A model generated the notes under the pieces. The model was not told the DNA's origin, ran no database searches, and was given only the letters and a program-made list of their open reading frames with translations. From Lysobacterales bacterium (lineage in GTDB: Bacteria > Pseudomonadota > Gammaproteobacteria > Xanthomonadales > SZUA-5), in NCBI GenBank assembly GCA_022844165.1, contig JALHMH010000011.1, positions 1 to 64,000 on the forward strand: a stretch of 64,000 bases of DNA. Direction: 5' to 3'. Shown here in pieces: positions 1-8,972 of this stretch; position 1 is the stretch's first letter, and each line of letters opens with the position of its first letter. The translations under genes were made by a program, and so were the position numbers.

Positions 1-8
1 CATGGAGA

Positions 9-117
9 GCGAGTCCGGACATGTGCCGGACTCGCGACTTGAGAAACGCACAGGAAGTGCGTTTCTCAACAACGTGTTAGGGGAGCTTGTGGGGCGCCGC
101 GTACAACGCGGCGCCCC
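9..117. repeat. Cluster of three perfect hairpins (REP/MITE-like)
   Basis: GCGAGTCCGG-n7-CCGGACTCGC (9-35); TTGAGAAACGCAC-n5-GTGCGTTTCTCAA (39-69); GGGGCGCCGCGT-ACA-ACGCGGCGCCCC (91-117). Confidence 0.6.
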
Positions 118-236
118 GTGGGTGATCGTACTCGCATACGATTGACTGCGATTCGATCCAGTGGGCGCAGTCTCTGCCTCGCCCTATTCGACGGGCTCCA
201 GCTATGCTCCGCCGTTCTTCCGGGCGGAGAAGTTCA

Positions 237-1274
237 ATGCGCTGTTTGTGTTTCGCTCTGACGTTGTTGCTGACGGGCTGCGCTTCGGTGCAGACGAAAG
301 ACACGCGAACGATTGCAGAGCGTTATACGACCCGGCCTTCTCCCGCAGACAACATCGATTCACTTGCCACCTGGCATGGTCCCGAAGGCCAATACTGGCT
401 GTTCGCTTCCGCCAAAGACGCCGACAATCTTGCAATGTTCGATGCGGCAACAGGCAAGCCGCTGCGCCGCGTCGGCGCGCCGGGTAACGGCGTTGGCCAA
501 CTCGATCGACCCAATGGCATCACTGTCATCGACGATCTGTTGTTTGTCGTGGAGCGCGACAATCGTCGAATACAAGTTTTCCGACTTCCAGAGTTGCGCT
601 CGGAGCTGATATTCGGCGCGGAAAATCTCCAAGTTCCTTACGGACTTTGGGCGCATCGCATCGGTCGTGAGATTGAAGTGCTGGTCAGCGACAGTTATCA
701 AGAGGCGGATGGTAGTCCGCCGCCGCTGCCATTGCTCGCCGAGCGGATCAAGCGCTACCGGTTGAAGACAGCGCTGGGACAGTGGAACGCTCAGTACGAC
801 GGCGCGTTTGGTGCGACAGACAGCGATGGCGCATTGCGTTGGGTCGAGTCGATTCTGGGCGACCCGATCCACAATCGACTACTGATCGCGGAAGAATTCC
901 TCAAGCCTGGAAGCACCATCAAGATCTACGATATGGCGGGCGACTACACGGGACAGTCGCTGGCGCTCGAGCACTTCGAGGGGCAGGCTGAGGGTATCGC
1001 CATGTGGGCCTGCGACGATGGCAGTGGTGTGATCGTCGCCACCGATCAACGCGATGACGGCAATCGCTTCCAGGTGTTCGACCGCCAGACACTGACGCAT
1101 CTGGGCGCGTTCGCCGGTCGCGGCACAAGCAACACGGATGGCATACACATCGATCAACGCAGCAGCGATGCGTTTCCTGGCGGCGCATTCTTCGCCGTGC
1201 ACGATGACCAGGCAGTGTCGGCTTTCGATTGGCGCGACATTAATCGCGAGCTGGGACTGGCCGGTTGCGATTAG
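237..1274 (+). CDS. Beta-propeller phytase (3-phytase), predicted lipoprotein
   Basis: Lipobox LLLTGC; phytase-like motifs QAEGIAMW, SNTDGI, FPGGAFFAVHDD, FDWRDI; alternative start at 204. Confidence 0.8.
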   Translation: MRCLCFALTLLLTGCASVQTKDTRTIAERYTTRPSPADNIDSLATWHGPEGQYWLFASAKDADNLAMFDAATGKPLRRVGAPGNGVGQLDRPNGITVIDDLLFVVERDNRRIQVFRLPELRSELIFGAENLQVPYGLWAHRIGREIEVLVSDSYQEADGSPPPLPLLAERIKRYRLKTALGQWNAQYDGAFGATDSDGALRWVESILGDPIHNRLLIAEEFLKPGSTIKIYDMAGDYTGQSLALEHFEGQAEGIAMWACDDGSGVIVATDQRDDGNRFQVFDRQTLTHLGAFAGRGTSNTDGIHIDQRSSDAFPGGAFFAVHDDQAVSAFDWRDINRELGLAGCD

Positions 1275-1455
1275 ACCAACGAACGCTTGAGTGTGCTTGC
1301 CACATTCTCGCGTTTCGCAGCCGCATTGCAAGTGTCTGTGCGTCGGCGCTGTCGCGGCTCGGATGCGTTCGAACGTTCAAACGTCTGGGCGGTGAGAGTG
1401 CCTGCTGAAATAAACCGCGTGATCGCGTGCTGCGGTCTGTTGACGGCATACCTTG

Positions 1456-2247
1456 TCAGACAGCGATCGGAGCTTTGATCGCAGGGTGCGGGTCGTAACC
1501 TTCGAAGCGAATGTCGTCGAAGCGGAATGCGGTGATGTCGCGGATTGCTGGATTCAATCTTAGTTGCGGCAACGGTCGGGGATCGCGCGTGAGTTGCAAA
1601 CGGGCTTGATCCAGGTGGTTCAAATATAGGTGCGCGTCGCCGAAAGTGTGCACAAACTCTCCTGGCAGCAACTCGCACACTTGCGCGACCATAGCCGTAA
1701 GCAAAGCATAAGAGGCGATGTTGAAAGGCACGCCAAGAAACACATCCGCGCTGCGCTGGTACAGTTGGCAGGACAGTTGCCCGTTGGCAACATAAAACTG
1801 GAACAGTGCATGGCAAGGTGCCAGCGCCATGGACGGAATGTCGGCAGGATTCCAGGCACTGACGATCAGGCGACGTGAGTCTGGGTTTCGACGGATGTCG
1901 GCAATCACCTGGCTCAGTTGATCGATGCTGCCGCCCGGCGCCTGCCAGGAGCGCCATTGCCGGCCGTATACCGGCCCAAGTTCGCCGTCGCGATCGGCCC
2001 ATTCATCCCAGATCGTGACGCCGTTGTCGCGCAGGTATTTGACATTGGTGTCGCCCGCGATAAACCACAACAACTCGTGCACGATCGAACGTGTATGAAG
2101 TTTTTTCGTGGTGACCAGCGGGAAGCCATCGCGCAAATCGCAGCGCAGCTGGTAGCCGAAAACCGATCGCGTACCGACCCCCGTGCGATCAGCCCGTTCG
2201 ACGCCGTTCTCGAGCACATGGCGAAGCAAGTCGTGATAGACCTTCAC
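1456..2247 (-). CDS. thyA: Thymidylate synthase
   Basis: [36 protein letters not shown]; GTG start overlaps the lgt stop. Confidence 0.98.
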   Translation of the reverse strand: MKVYHDLLRHVLENGVERADRTGVGTRSVFGYQLRCDLRDGFPLVTTKKLHTRSIVHELLWFIAGDTNVKYLRDNGVTIWDEWADRDGELGPVYGRQWRSWQAPGGSIDQLSQVIADIRRNPDSRRLIVSAWNPADIPSMALAPCHALFQFYVANGQLSCQLYQRSADVFLGVPFNIASYALLTAMVAQVCELLPGEFVHTFGDAHLYLNHLDQARLQLTRDPRPLPQLRLNPAIRDITAFRFDDIRFEGYDPHPAIKAPIAV

Positions 2248-3092
2248 GCCTTCAACTCCCGTCGGCGGTACGCCATGATCAGCAGTACGACGCCGAACAG
2301 CACCATCGGCAGCGACAGTACCTGACCCATCGTCAACCAGCCCCATGCCAGATATCCAAGATGCGCATCCGGCTGGCGCACCAGTTCCAGTCCGATCCGT
2401 CCTACGCCATAAGCGATCAGGAACACACCTGAGATGGCCATGCGCGGTCTGGGATTCTTCGAGAACCACCAGAGCAGGATAAACATCACCACGCCCTCCC
2501 AGAACGCCTGATACAACTGCGAGGGATGACGCGCCTGGTCGATGAGCAATCCCTGAGCGAGCTGGGCGCGAATCTCATCGACGGACAGGCTGGTCGGCAG
2601 AGCATTCGGAAAGATCATGCCCCATGCGTGTGTGGTCTTGGCACCCCAGAGTTCACCGCCGACAAAGTTCCCAATACGGCCGAGCCCGAGCCCGATCGGC
2701 ACGATCGGCGCAATGAAATCATAAATCGCAAATACCGGGCGTTTGGATTTGCGTGCGTACCAGCCCATGGCGATCAGTACACCCAGTAAACCGCCATGAA
2801 AACTCATGCCGCCTTCCCACACACGGAAAATTGAAATCGGATCCGCGAGAAATGCGTCGAAATGATAAAACAGTGTCGAACCGAGTCGGCCACCAACGAT
2901 CGCACCGACCATGCCGTAAAAAATGATGTCCTCAACCTCGGAGCGCATGAATCCGCGCCACGCGTCCTGCGTTCGCCATCGCGCCAGCCAGAACGCCGAA
3001 AACGCTGCCGCGATGTACATCAGCCCGTACCAATGGATCGCAATGGGCCCAAGTTGCAACGCAACCGGGTCAATGTTGTGGACGTAGGGCAT
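2244..3092 (-). CDS. lgt: Prolipoprotein diacylglyceryl transferase
   Basis: [28 protein letters not shown]; conserved lgt-thyA pair. Confidence 0.97.
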   Translation of the reverse strand: MPYVHNIDPVALQLGPIAIHWYGLMYIAAAFSAFWLARWRTQDAWRGFMRSEVEDIIFYGMVGAIVGGRLGSTLFYHFDAFLADPISIFRVWEGGMSFHGGLLGVLIAMGWYARKSKRPVFAIYDFIAPIVPIGLGLGRIGNFVGGELWGAKTTHAWGMIFPNALPTSLSVDEIRAQLAQGLLIDQARHPSQLYQAFWEGVVMFILLWWFSKNPRPRMAISGVFLIAYGVGRIGLELVRQPDAHLGYLAWGWLTMGQVLSLPMVLFGVVLLIMAYRRRELKA

Positions 3093-3127
3093 GGGCGAGT
3101 GGGTGGTGACTGGAGAGGATCTCGCGG

Positions 3128-3156
3128 CGATTGCGGGTTGCGGCAACCCGCAATCG
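3128..3156. repeat. Palindromic REP/terminator-like hairpin; a related copy lies at 49823-49847
   Basis: CGATTGCGGGTTGC-G-GCAACCCGCAATCG followed by a T-run on the + strand. Confidence 0.6.
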
Positions 3157-3173
3157 TTTTTCCAACGAACGCG

Positions 3174-3407
3174 CTACTTCTTTTTCGCCGGTTTCTCAGG
3201 TTTGGCGTCGTCCAGCAAGAACGTCAAACGCAACGTGACGCGGTAGCTGACGACTTTGCCCTTTTCAACCACGACTTTTTGTTCGGACACCCATGCGCCC
3301 TGGATGTTCTTGACCGTCTCGGAGGCGCGGGAAATGCCCTGATGGATGGCGTCCTCGAAGCCCTTGTTCGAAGACGATGATATTTCGATGATTTTGGCGA
3401 CGCTCAT
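3174..3407 (-). CDS. Dodecin family protein
   Basis: MSVAKIIEISSSS..GFEDAI..GI.RA..TV.NI.GAWV...YRV; GGAG SD upstream. Confidence 0.9.
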   Translation of the reverse strand: MSVAKIIEISSSSNKGFEDAIHQGISRASETVKNIQGAWVSEQKVVVEKGKVVSYRVTLRLTFLLDDAKPEKPAKKK

Positions 3408-3449
3408 GGATACTCTCCTGTAGGGTGCCGGCAAGCGCCGGCGGGTGCT

Positions 3450-4283
3450 TCAACGGTTGCCGCAATACTGCTCGCGAATCTTGAGCGCTTGTGGCATCCA
3501 TTCGTTGAGTTGACGAATGCGCGTGTCGTGGCTGGGGTGCGTCGATGCGAACTCGGGTGGCGCACCCTTGCTGGCCGCTGCCATACGCTCCCACAAACGT
3601 GGTGCTTCCGTGGGATCAAAGCATGCCGCTGCCGCAAACATGAGTCCGAGGCGATCGGCCTCGGACTCGTGATCGCGCGAAAACGGCAACAGCACACCAT
3701 ACTTGCTGCCAGCGCCGAGTGCAGCCATGACGTTGCGTTGCGTGCCAGGATCCATGTCGGACATGGCCATTCCCGCGGCCATTGATCCCATTTGAACGAG
3801 CTTTTGGTAGGCCATGCGCTCGGCGCCGTGACGCGCGATGGCGTGTGCAATTTCATGGCCCATAACGGCGGCCAGACCATCTTCGTTCGCCGTAATCGGC
3901 AAGATGCCGGTGTACACGGCAATTTTGCCGCCGGGCATCGCGAATGCATTCGCTTGAGGGGATTCGATGACATTCACATCCCACTCGAAACCCGGATCGG
4001 CTTTCGGGTCGAGTTTTCGGACAGCTTCGATGAGGCGAATGGCGATGCCGCGTACCTGTTGTGCCAAGGGCCCCTGGCGGACCACGCGTTCGGTCTGCAA
4101 TACCTCTTGGTACGCTTGATAACCGAGCGACATTTCTTGATCGCGCGTAATGTCGACCAGTTGCGTGCGCCCGGTCAGTGGTACCTCAGATTGATTGGCG
4201 AAGTAGTAATAGAGGAAGTAGCCCCCGAACAGGAGGATCGGCAACCAGCGAATGCCGCCCGTGCGGCGTCGTTGTCCGAGCAT
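3450..4283 (-). CDS. M48 family zinc metallopeptidase
   Basis: NAFAMPGGKI, HEIAH zinc motif, FSRDHESEAD, STHP. Confidence 0.93.
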   Translation of the reverse strand: MLGQRRRTGGIRWLPILLFGGYFLYYYFANQSEVPLTGRTQLVDITRDQEMSLGYQAYQEVLQTERVVRQGPLAQQVRGIAIRLIEAVRKLDPKADPGFEWDVNVIESPQANAFAMPGGKIAVYTGILPITANEDGLAAVMGHEIAHAIARHGAERMAYQKLVQMGSMAAGMAMSDMDPGTQRNVMAALGAGSKYGVLLPFSRDHESEADRLGLMFAAAACFDPTEAPRLWERMAAASKGAPPEFASTHPSHDTRIRQLNEWMPQALKIREQYCGNR

Positions 4284-4285
4284 CG

Positions 4286-4864
4286 TCAGTCTTCCTTCTT
4301 CGTTTCCGTGCCGGCCGGGGCACCAAGGATCTGGTTGATTTCGATGAAAAATCCATCGGGATCAAACACCGCACTGAACATCACGGGAATAACACCTTTG
4401 CCGCCCGGGCCTGGGTACTCAATGCGCGTAGGCTCGGTATGCACCGCAACGCCGGGCACAGCTTTGACGTTCTCCCAACGCTGATCCAGGTCCTTTGCAT
4501 TGATGACCACAATACTGTCGCCGGCCATGGGACGCTTGTTTTCTGGCGGGGCCGGATCAGGGTCGTCGAGGCGCTGCATCAGGCCGAGCGCACCGATGAA
4601 CGTATCGTTTGCGCGCATCAGCACCAGGCGCGTGGTATGAGGCTTGACGCTGCCGTCGGCTTGTTTGCCGCCCCCGAGGCGCTCGTCATAAACCACGGTC
4701 AATCCAAGGGCGTCGCGATATAGCGGCAAAGATTTCTCGATGTCGCGCACAAGCAATGTTGTCCGGCGTACGTCGACGGGCGACCGCTCAGCTTCGGGTA
4801 CGGGTTCCGCGATGCTGGCCGACGCCAGAGCACATCCCGCCATCCAGACCCCTATTCGCCGCAT
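4286..4864 (-). CDS. Secreted VOC/glyoxalase family protein
   Basis: Signal peptide; LLVRDIEKSL.LY.DALGL and FDPDGFFIEIN VOC motifs. Confidence 0.8.
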   Translation of the reverse strand: MRRIGVWMAGCALASASIAEPVPEAERSPVDVRRTTLLVRDIEKSLPLYRDALGLTVVYDERLGGGKQADGSVKPHTTRLVLMRANDTFIGALGLMQRLDDPDPAPPENKRPMAGDSIVVINAKDLDQRWENVKAVPGVAVHTEPTRIEYPGPGGKGVIPVMFSAVFDPDGFFIEINQILGAPAGTETKKED

Positions 4865-5127
4865 GATCGATCCTCGAGAAAGTTGCCGCCACAGCGAGAC
4901 GATATGCCTTCTGGGCGCAAATGGTAAGCCACAGAGTTGCCGCTCTCTCTCGCGGCGCGTCGATAGGTTGCCTGCCATGCGCCTTGCGCGGATCGAGGAA
5001 AAACTCGCGTCGCGACAACGGTTCCGTCGGTGCCAACGGGCGCTGGCATGGCACCGAGCGCAAGATCCGCCCGTATCCTTGGTCAACGCGCCCAGATCCA
5101 GCAGTTCTTTGTCTGGCGAGCGCTTGG

Positions 5128-5305
5128 CTAGAGTCCTTGACGGAGCCGGATCTTTTCATTTGAGTCAAATTTTCGTCGGTGCGGCTTTGGCCGTTGAAGC
5201 CCCCTTGAGTACAAGGGGGCGATTGAGCGCGCAGCGCTCAATGGGGGTTTTGGCAAGTACGGTGTCTGGCGAAGCCAACAATGCTCGGCGGTCTGAGGCG
5301 AAGCC
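5128..5305 (+). mobile_element. Dispersed ~180-bp non-coding repeat element, copy A
   Basis: Colinear, highly similar to 49641-49815; begins CTAGAGTCCTTGACGGAGCCGGATCTT; several internal hairpins. Confidence 0.8.
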
Positions 5306-5336
5306 AGCCCGGGTTGACCAACCTGCTGCTGGCGTA

Positions 5337-6248
5337 TTACCGGGCGGTGTCGCTTCGCAGTGCCGGATGTTGACGCAGCACAGCGAGCGCGAATTCAAAG
5401 AATGACCTGACCTTCGCGGGCGCGCGGCGGCCTTCGCGCGACACCAGATGCACCGGCACCGGTGGTGGCAGGCAATCGTTGAGCAGCGTGACCAGCGCAC
5501 GACGCCCGACTTCGGCGACCTGATATGACATCACGCGCGTGATGCCAGCGCCGGCCAGTGCCAATGCGATGGCTGCCTGGTTGGTGCTGACCGTGATATG
5601 GGGTCGCACATGTAGCGTGTACACATCATCGGCACCGACAAATCGCCAATGGGGCGTTCGCGCGTCGGCGGCAGAGAAGATGATCTGGTGTTCGGCCAGA
5701 TCAACCGGCTGCAACGGCTGCGGCACTCGCTCAAGATACGCTGGTGCCGCACACAACACGCGCCGCACCTGACCTAACAGTTGCGCAACCAGCGTTGAGT
5801 CGGGCAGTTCTCCGGTCATCAACGCGACATCGATGCGCTCTTCGAACAGGTGCAGCGGACGATCGTGCAATCGCAGGTCAATGCTGACCTCAGGAAAACG
5901 GCGCGCGTATTCAGCGACAACGGGCGCCAGTACAAAGTGGCCCATCATCGTCGGCGCGCCGATCGTCAGATGTCCGCGCGGCTGAGCGTGTTCACCGGCC
6001 GCGGCGTCTTCGGCACTATCGATGTCGTTCAGAATGCGGCGGCAATCGTCGACATAACGCTGACCGGCATCGGTCAGCGTCACGCCGCGCGTGGTACGGA
6101 ATAGCAGTACGCAACCGAGCCGCCGCTCCAGCGCCGCAATCGCACGCGTCGCTGCAGCCGGAGAAAGCCCCAAACGTCGGGCGGCGCTGGCGAAGCCACC
6201 ATCGTCGGCAGCCGCGATCAATACTTCGATTTGCCGGAGTCGATCCAT
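5337..6248 (-). CDS. LysR family transcriptional regulator
   Basis: N-terminal HTH (GFASAARRLGLS..LF.RTTR..TLT.AG) plus substrate-binding domain. Confidence 0.95.
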   Translation of the reverse strand: MDRLRQIEVLIAAADDGGFASAARRLGLSPAAATRAIAALERRLGCVLLFRTTRGVTLTDAGQRYVDDCRRILNDIDSAEDAAAGEHAQPRGHLTIGAPTMMGHFVLAPVVAEYARRFPEVSIDLRLHDRPLHLFEERIDVALMTGELPDSTLVAQLLGQVRRVLCAAPAYLERVPQPLQPVDLAEHQIIFSAADARTPHWRFVGADDVYTLHVRPHITVSTNQAAIALALAGAGITRVMSYQVAEVGRRALVTLLNDCLPPPVPVHLVSREGRRAPAKVRSFFEFALAVLRQHPALRSDTAR

Positions 6249-6548
6249 GGGCTGTGGTCGTGGCCGAGAGGATCGGATCAGGACCGGAAGGGTCGCGAAC
6301 TTCTGTCATGCATGACCGCCGGCCGTCGGTGACCATTTGATGTCTGTGGACCGGACAGTCTCATGCCAAGTGTGCTTCGGAATCACTCAGCTCGACCTTC
6401 ATGTTGTCTGGCTCGATCACCACTGAGCCCTGCTGCCCTGTCCAATGGCCCTTTGGTTCGACAAATTTCTCAGCATGCTGCGACGTACGGACATTCTTGC
6501 GCATCTTCTTTGGTCCATGCCCTTTAACTCTCCCTTGGTGGATCTTCC

Positions 6549-7403
6549 TTGAAATACTCGAGACTCGTTGGTTTTTACTGCGCGGTCCTGGCTGGCCCGT
6601 CATTCGCGGACTCGAGTCTTGAGGACGTGAGCTTCATCAGTCGCGGCACAACAATCTCGGGCTCGATCGCCTGGCCGATCAACAAACCCGCCGCCGCCGT
6701 CGTGTTTATCCACGGATCCGGCGCACAGTCGCGCAATCTCGAACTGTCCCGACGCTTCGCCGAGCGCGGCATCGCGACCTTGGTTTATGACAAGCGCGGT
6801 GTCGGAAAGTCCGGTGGCCTTTATGAAGGCGACCAGAGCGTCAGCGGTACGAATATTGAAACGTTGGCGGACGATGCGGCGGCAGCATTGGATGCGCTGG
6901 CAAGCAACGTTGCGCTTGAGGGTGCGCCGGTCGGATTTGCCGGGATTTCGCAGGCCGGCTGGATTGCGCCGCTGGCCGCGACGAAGACCCGCCACGCCAG
7001 GTTCCTGTTGCTCTGGAGTGCGCCGGTCTGCAAAGTCAGCGAGGAAGACATCTACAGCAAGTACACAGCCGACAAGGACGGTCCGGATCGCCCGCCTTAC
7101 GCTACCGCGCTGGCCGCGCTCACGGAGCCCTATCTTTGGCCGAAGTTCCTGGGCCGCGACACCGATCCGGCCGACGATTTAGCCCAGCTTACAATTCCAG
7201 GCTTCTGGATCTTCGGCGCTCACGACGGCAGCATCCCCATCGACCTTTCGCTGCGTCGACTGGATGCACTGCGCGCGGCTGGCCATCCCTATGAATGGAT
7301 GTTGTTTGCCGAGCAAGGTCACAACAACATGACTGCAACCTTCGACGCAGCGATCCGTTGGGTCCAGGGGCTGGGGAATTCGTCGCTGGCTCAGACGCAG
7401 TAG
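6549..7403 (+). CDS. Secreted alpha/beta hydrolase (peptidase S9/S15-like)
   Basis: Signal peptide; FIHGSG, YDKRGVG, nucleophile elbow GISQAG, C-terminal GH; TTG start. Confidence 0.85.
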   Translation: MKYSRLVGFYCAVLAGPSFADSSLEDVSFISRGTTISGSIAWPINKPAAAVVFIHGSGAQSRNLELSRRFAERGIATLVYDKRGVGKSGGLYEGDQSVSGTNIETLADDAAAALDALASNVALEGAPVGFAGISQAGWIAPLAATKTRHARFLLLWSAPVCKVSEEDIYSKYTADKDGPDRPPYATALAALTEPYLWPKFLGRDTDPADDLAQLTIPGFWIFGAHDGSIPIDLSLRRLDALRAAGHPYEWMLFAEQGHNNMTATFDAAIRWVQGLGNSSLAQTQ

Positions 7404-7757
7404 CGGAGCTCGAAGGACTCCGAGCACGGAACCCGACGCACACGGTTCGGCGGTGTTTCCGCCAGCTTTTTCGATAGCGTGCCGCTTGTCTCGCCAATAC
7501 CGACTTCGATGCGCTCTTTTGCCACCACGTGTTTTATCGTTTTCGCCAGCGGTTGCGCACATGCGCCGCAATCTGCATCGCCGCCTGTCAACAGCACCAA
7601 GGCGGGTTGGCGGATCGTCGCGAAGACCGCGCAGCACGGATCCTTCTTTGCGCGATCGGAATTTACGCGGCAAGAGTTGCAAACCTTCGGAGGCTCCTCG
7701 TAGCCCCATTGCGCCGTTCCATTGGTTTCCCGATCTGAGGCCCTTATCATCGGGCGC

Positions 7758-8954
7758 GTGATCCCGCGATTGATGATCGATATCGGCTGGCGCGACCTTG
7801 CGTATGCGCATGGTGCCTGCTGTCGTGCCATCGATGCCAAGAAGGTGACCGAAGATTTGGAACGTCGACTGTCCGCAGACGGGCTGGCGGTGGTCTGCTT
7901 GTCGGTCCGTAGCGGTTTCGACGCCATACTGCAGGCGTTGGCACTCGAGCCTGGCAGCCAGGTGGCGATGACTTCGATCACAATCCCGCATATGGTGGAG
8001 CTCGTCGAGCGTCACGGGCTCCGGGTGGTGCCCGTTGCGATCGACTGCGCGTCACTCAGCGTGACGCCAGAGTCGCTGGAGCGTGCCATCACGCCAGCCA
8101 CCCGGCTGATTGTGGTTGCTCATTTGCTTGGCAGCAGGATTCCGATGGCACCGATCGTGGCCATCGCCACGCGTTATGGAATACCGATCGTTGAAGATGC
8201 CGCGCAAGCGTATCAAGGCGATGCGTTTTACGGCGATGCGTCCAGTGCCGCGACCATGTTCAGCTTCGGACCAATCAAGACGGCAACCGCGCTCGGTGGT
8301 GCTGTCATGTACTTTCGCGATGCCAATCTGGCGGCCCGCGTGCGTCAGGTGCTGCGCGTGTATCGGCCCCTGTCTCGCGGATGGTACCTGCGCCGCGCGC
8401 TGCGGTTTTCGATGGCAAAGCTCTTGTCGATTCGCGCGGTCTTTGCGCTGCTGGTGGGCGGCTGCCGCCTGCTCGGCATTAGCTACGACAGGATGTTGCG
8501 CGAGTGGGTGCGTGGCTTTCGCGGCGCGGATCTGCTGGCGTCGATCCGGCGGGCGCCGCCTGCACCGCTGCTGGCCACCTTGGCTCGGCGGCTGTCGCAG
8601 GATCAAATCCCGGTCGTGCGCATGCGCGCATCGCGGGGTGAGCATCTGGCGCGCTGTCTGGCGTCCGTCGATCGGCCTGGGCGCCAAGCGCACGCGCATA
8701 CTCATTGGGTGTTTCCGATCCTGGTCGATGACCCCGAGGCGCAAGCGCAGGTGCTCGCGAACCAGGGTTTTGACGCAACGCCCGCCGCTTCGACGCTTGC
8801 CGAGCTTCAGCGCTCCGGCGATGACCAACTACGCTGCCGGATGGTGCCGCTGAGGGGTTGGCTGTACCTGCCGCAACCCGGATCAATGACCGCGCCGGAA
8901 CGGCAGCGGTTGGCATTGGCGCTAACGATGAGCAACGCTCAGCGGGAATCGTAA
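7758..8954 (+). CDS. DegT/DnrJ/EryC1/StrS family PLP-dependent enzyme
   Basis: IVEDAAQA and FSFGPIKTATALGG (PLP lysine). Confidence 0.85.
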   Translation: MIPRLMIDIGWRDLAYAHGACCRAIDAKKVTEDLERRLSADGLAVVCLSVRSGFDAILQALALEPGSQVAMTSITIPHMVELVERHGLRVVPVAIDCASLSVTPESLERAITPATRLIVVAHLLGSRIPMAPIVAIATRYGIPIVEDAAQAYQGDAFYGDASSAATMFSFGPIKTATALGGAVMYFRDANLAARVRQVLRVYRPLSRGWYLRRALRFSMAKLLSIRAVFALLVGGCRLLGISYDRMLREWVRGFRGADLLASIRRAPPAPLLATLARRLSQDQIPVVRMRASRGEHLARCLASVDRPGRQAHAHTHWVFPILVDDPEAQAQVLANQGFDATPAASTLAELQRSGDDQLRCRMVPLRGWLYLPQPGSMTAPERQRLALALTMSNAQRES

Positions 8955-8972
8955 CGGAGGAACCAACCGAAT

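Noticed and set aside
1275-1455. Expected folA downstream of thyA
   Set aside because: No DHFR-like sequence recognised here; absence alone is unremarkable
6249-6548. Short ORFs between LysR and the hydrolase
   Set aside because: No coding signature or motif
7509-7703. Small ORF with a lipobox-like FASGC
   Set aside because: Short, no SD and no recognisable domain; may be a fragment and cannot be supported
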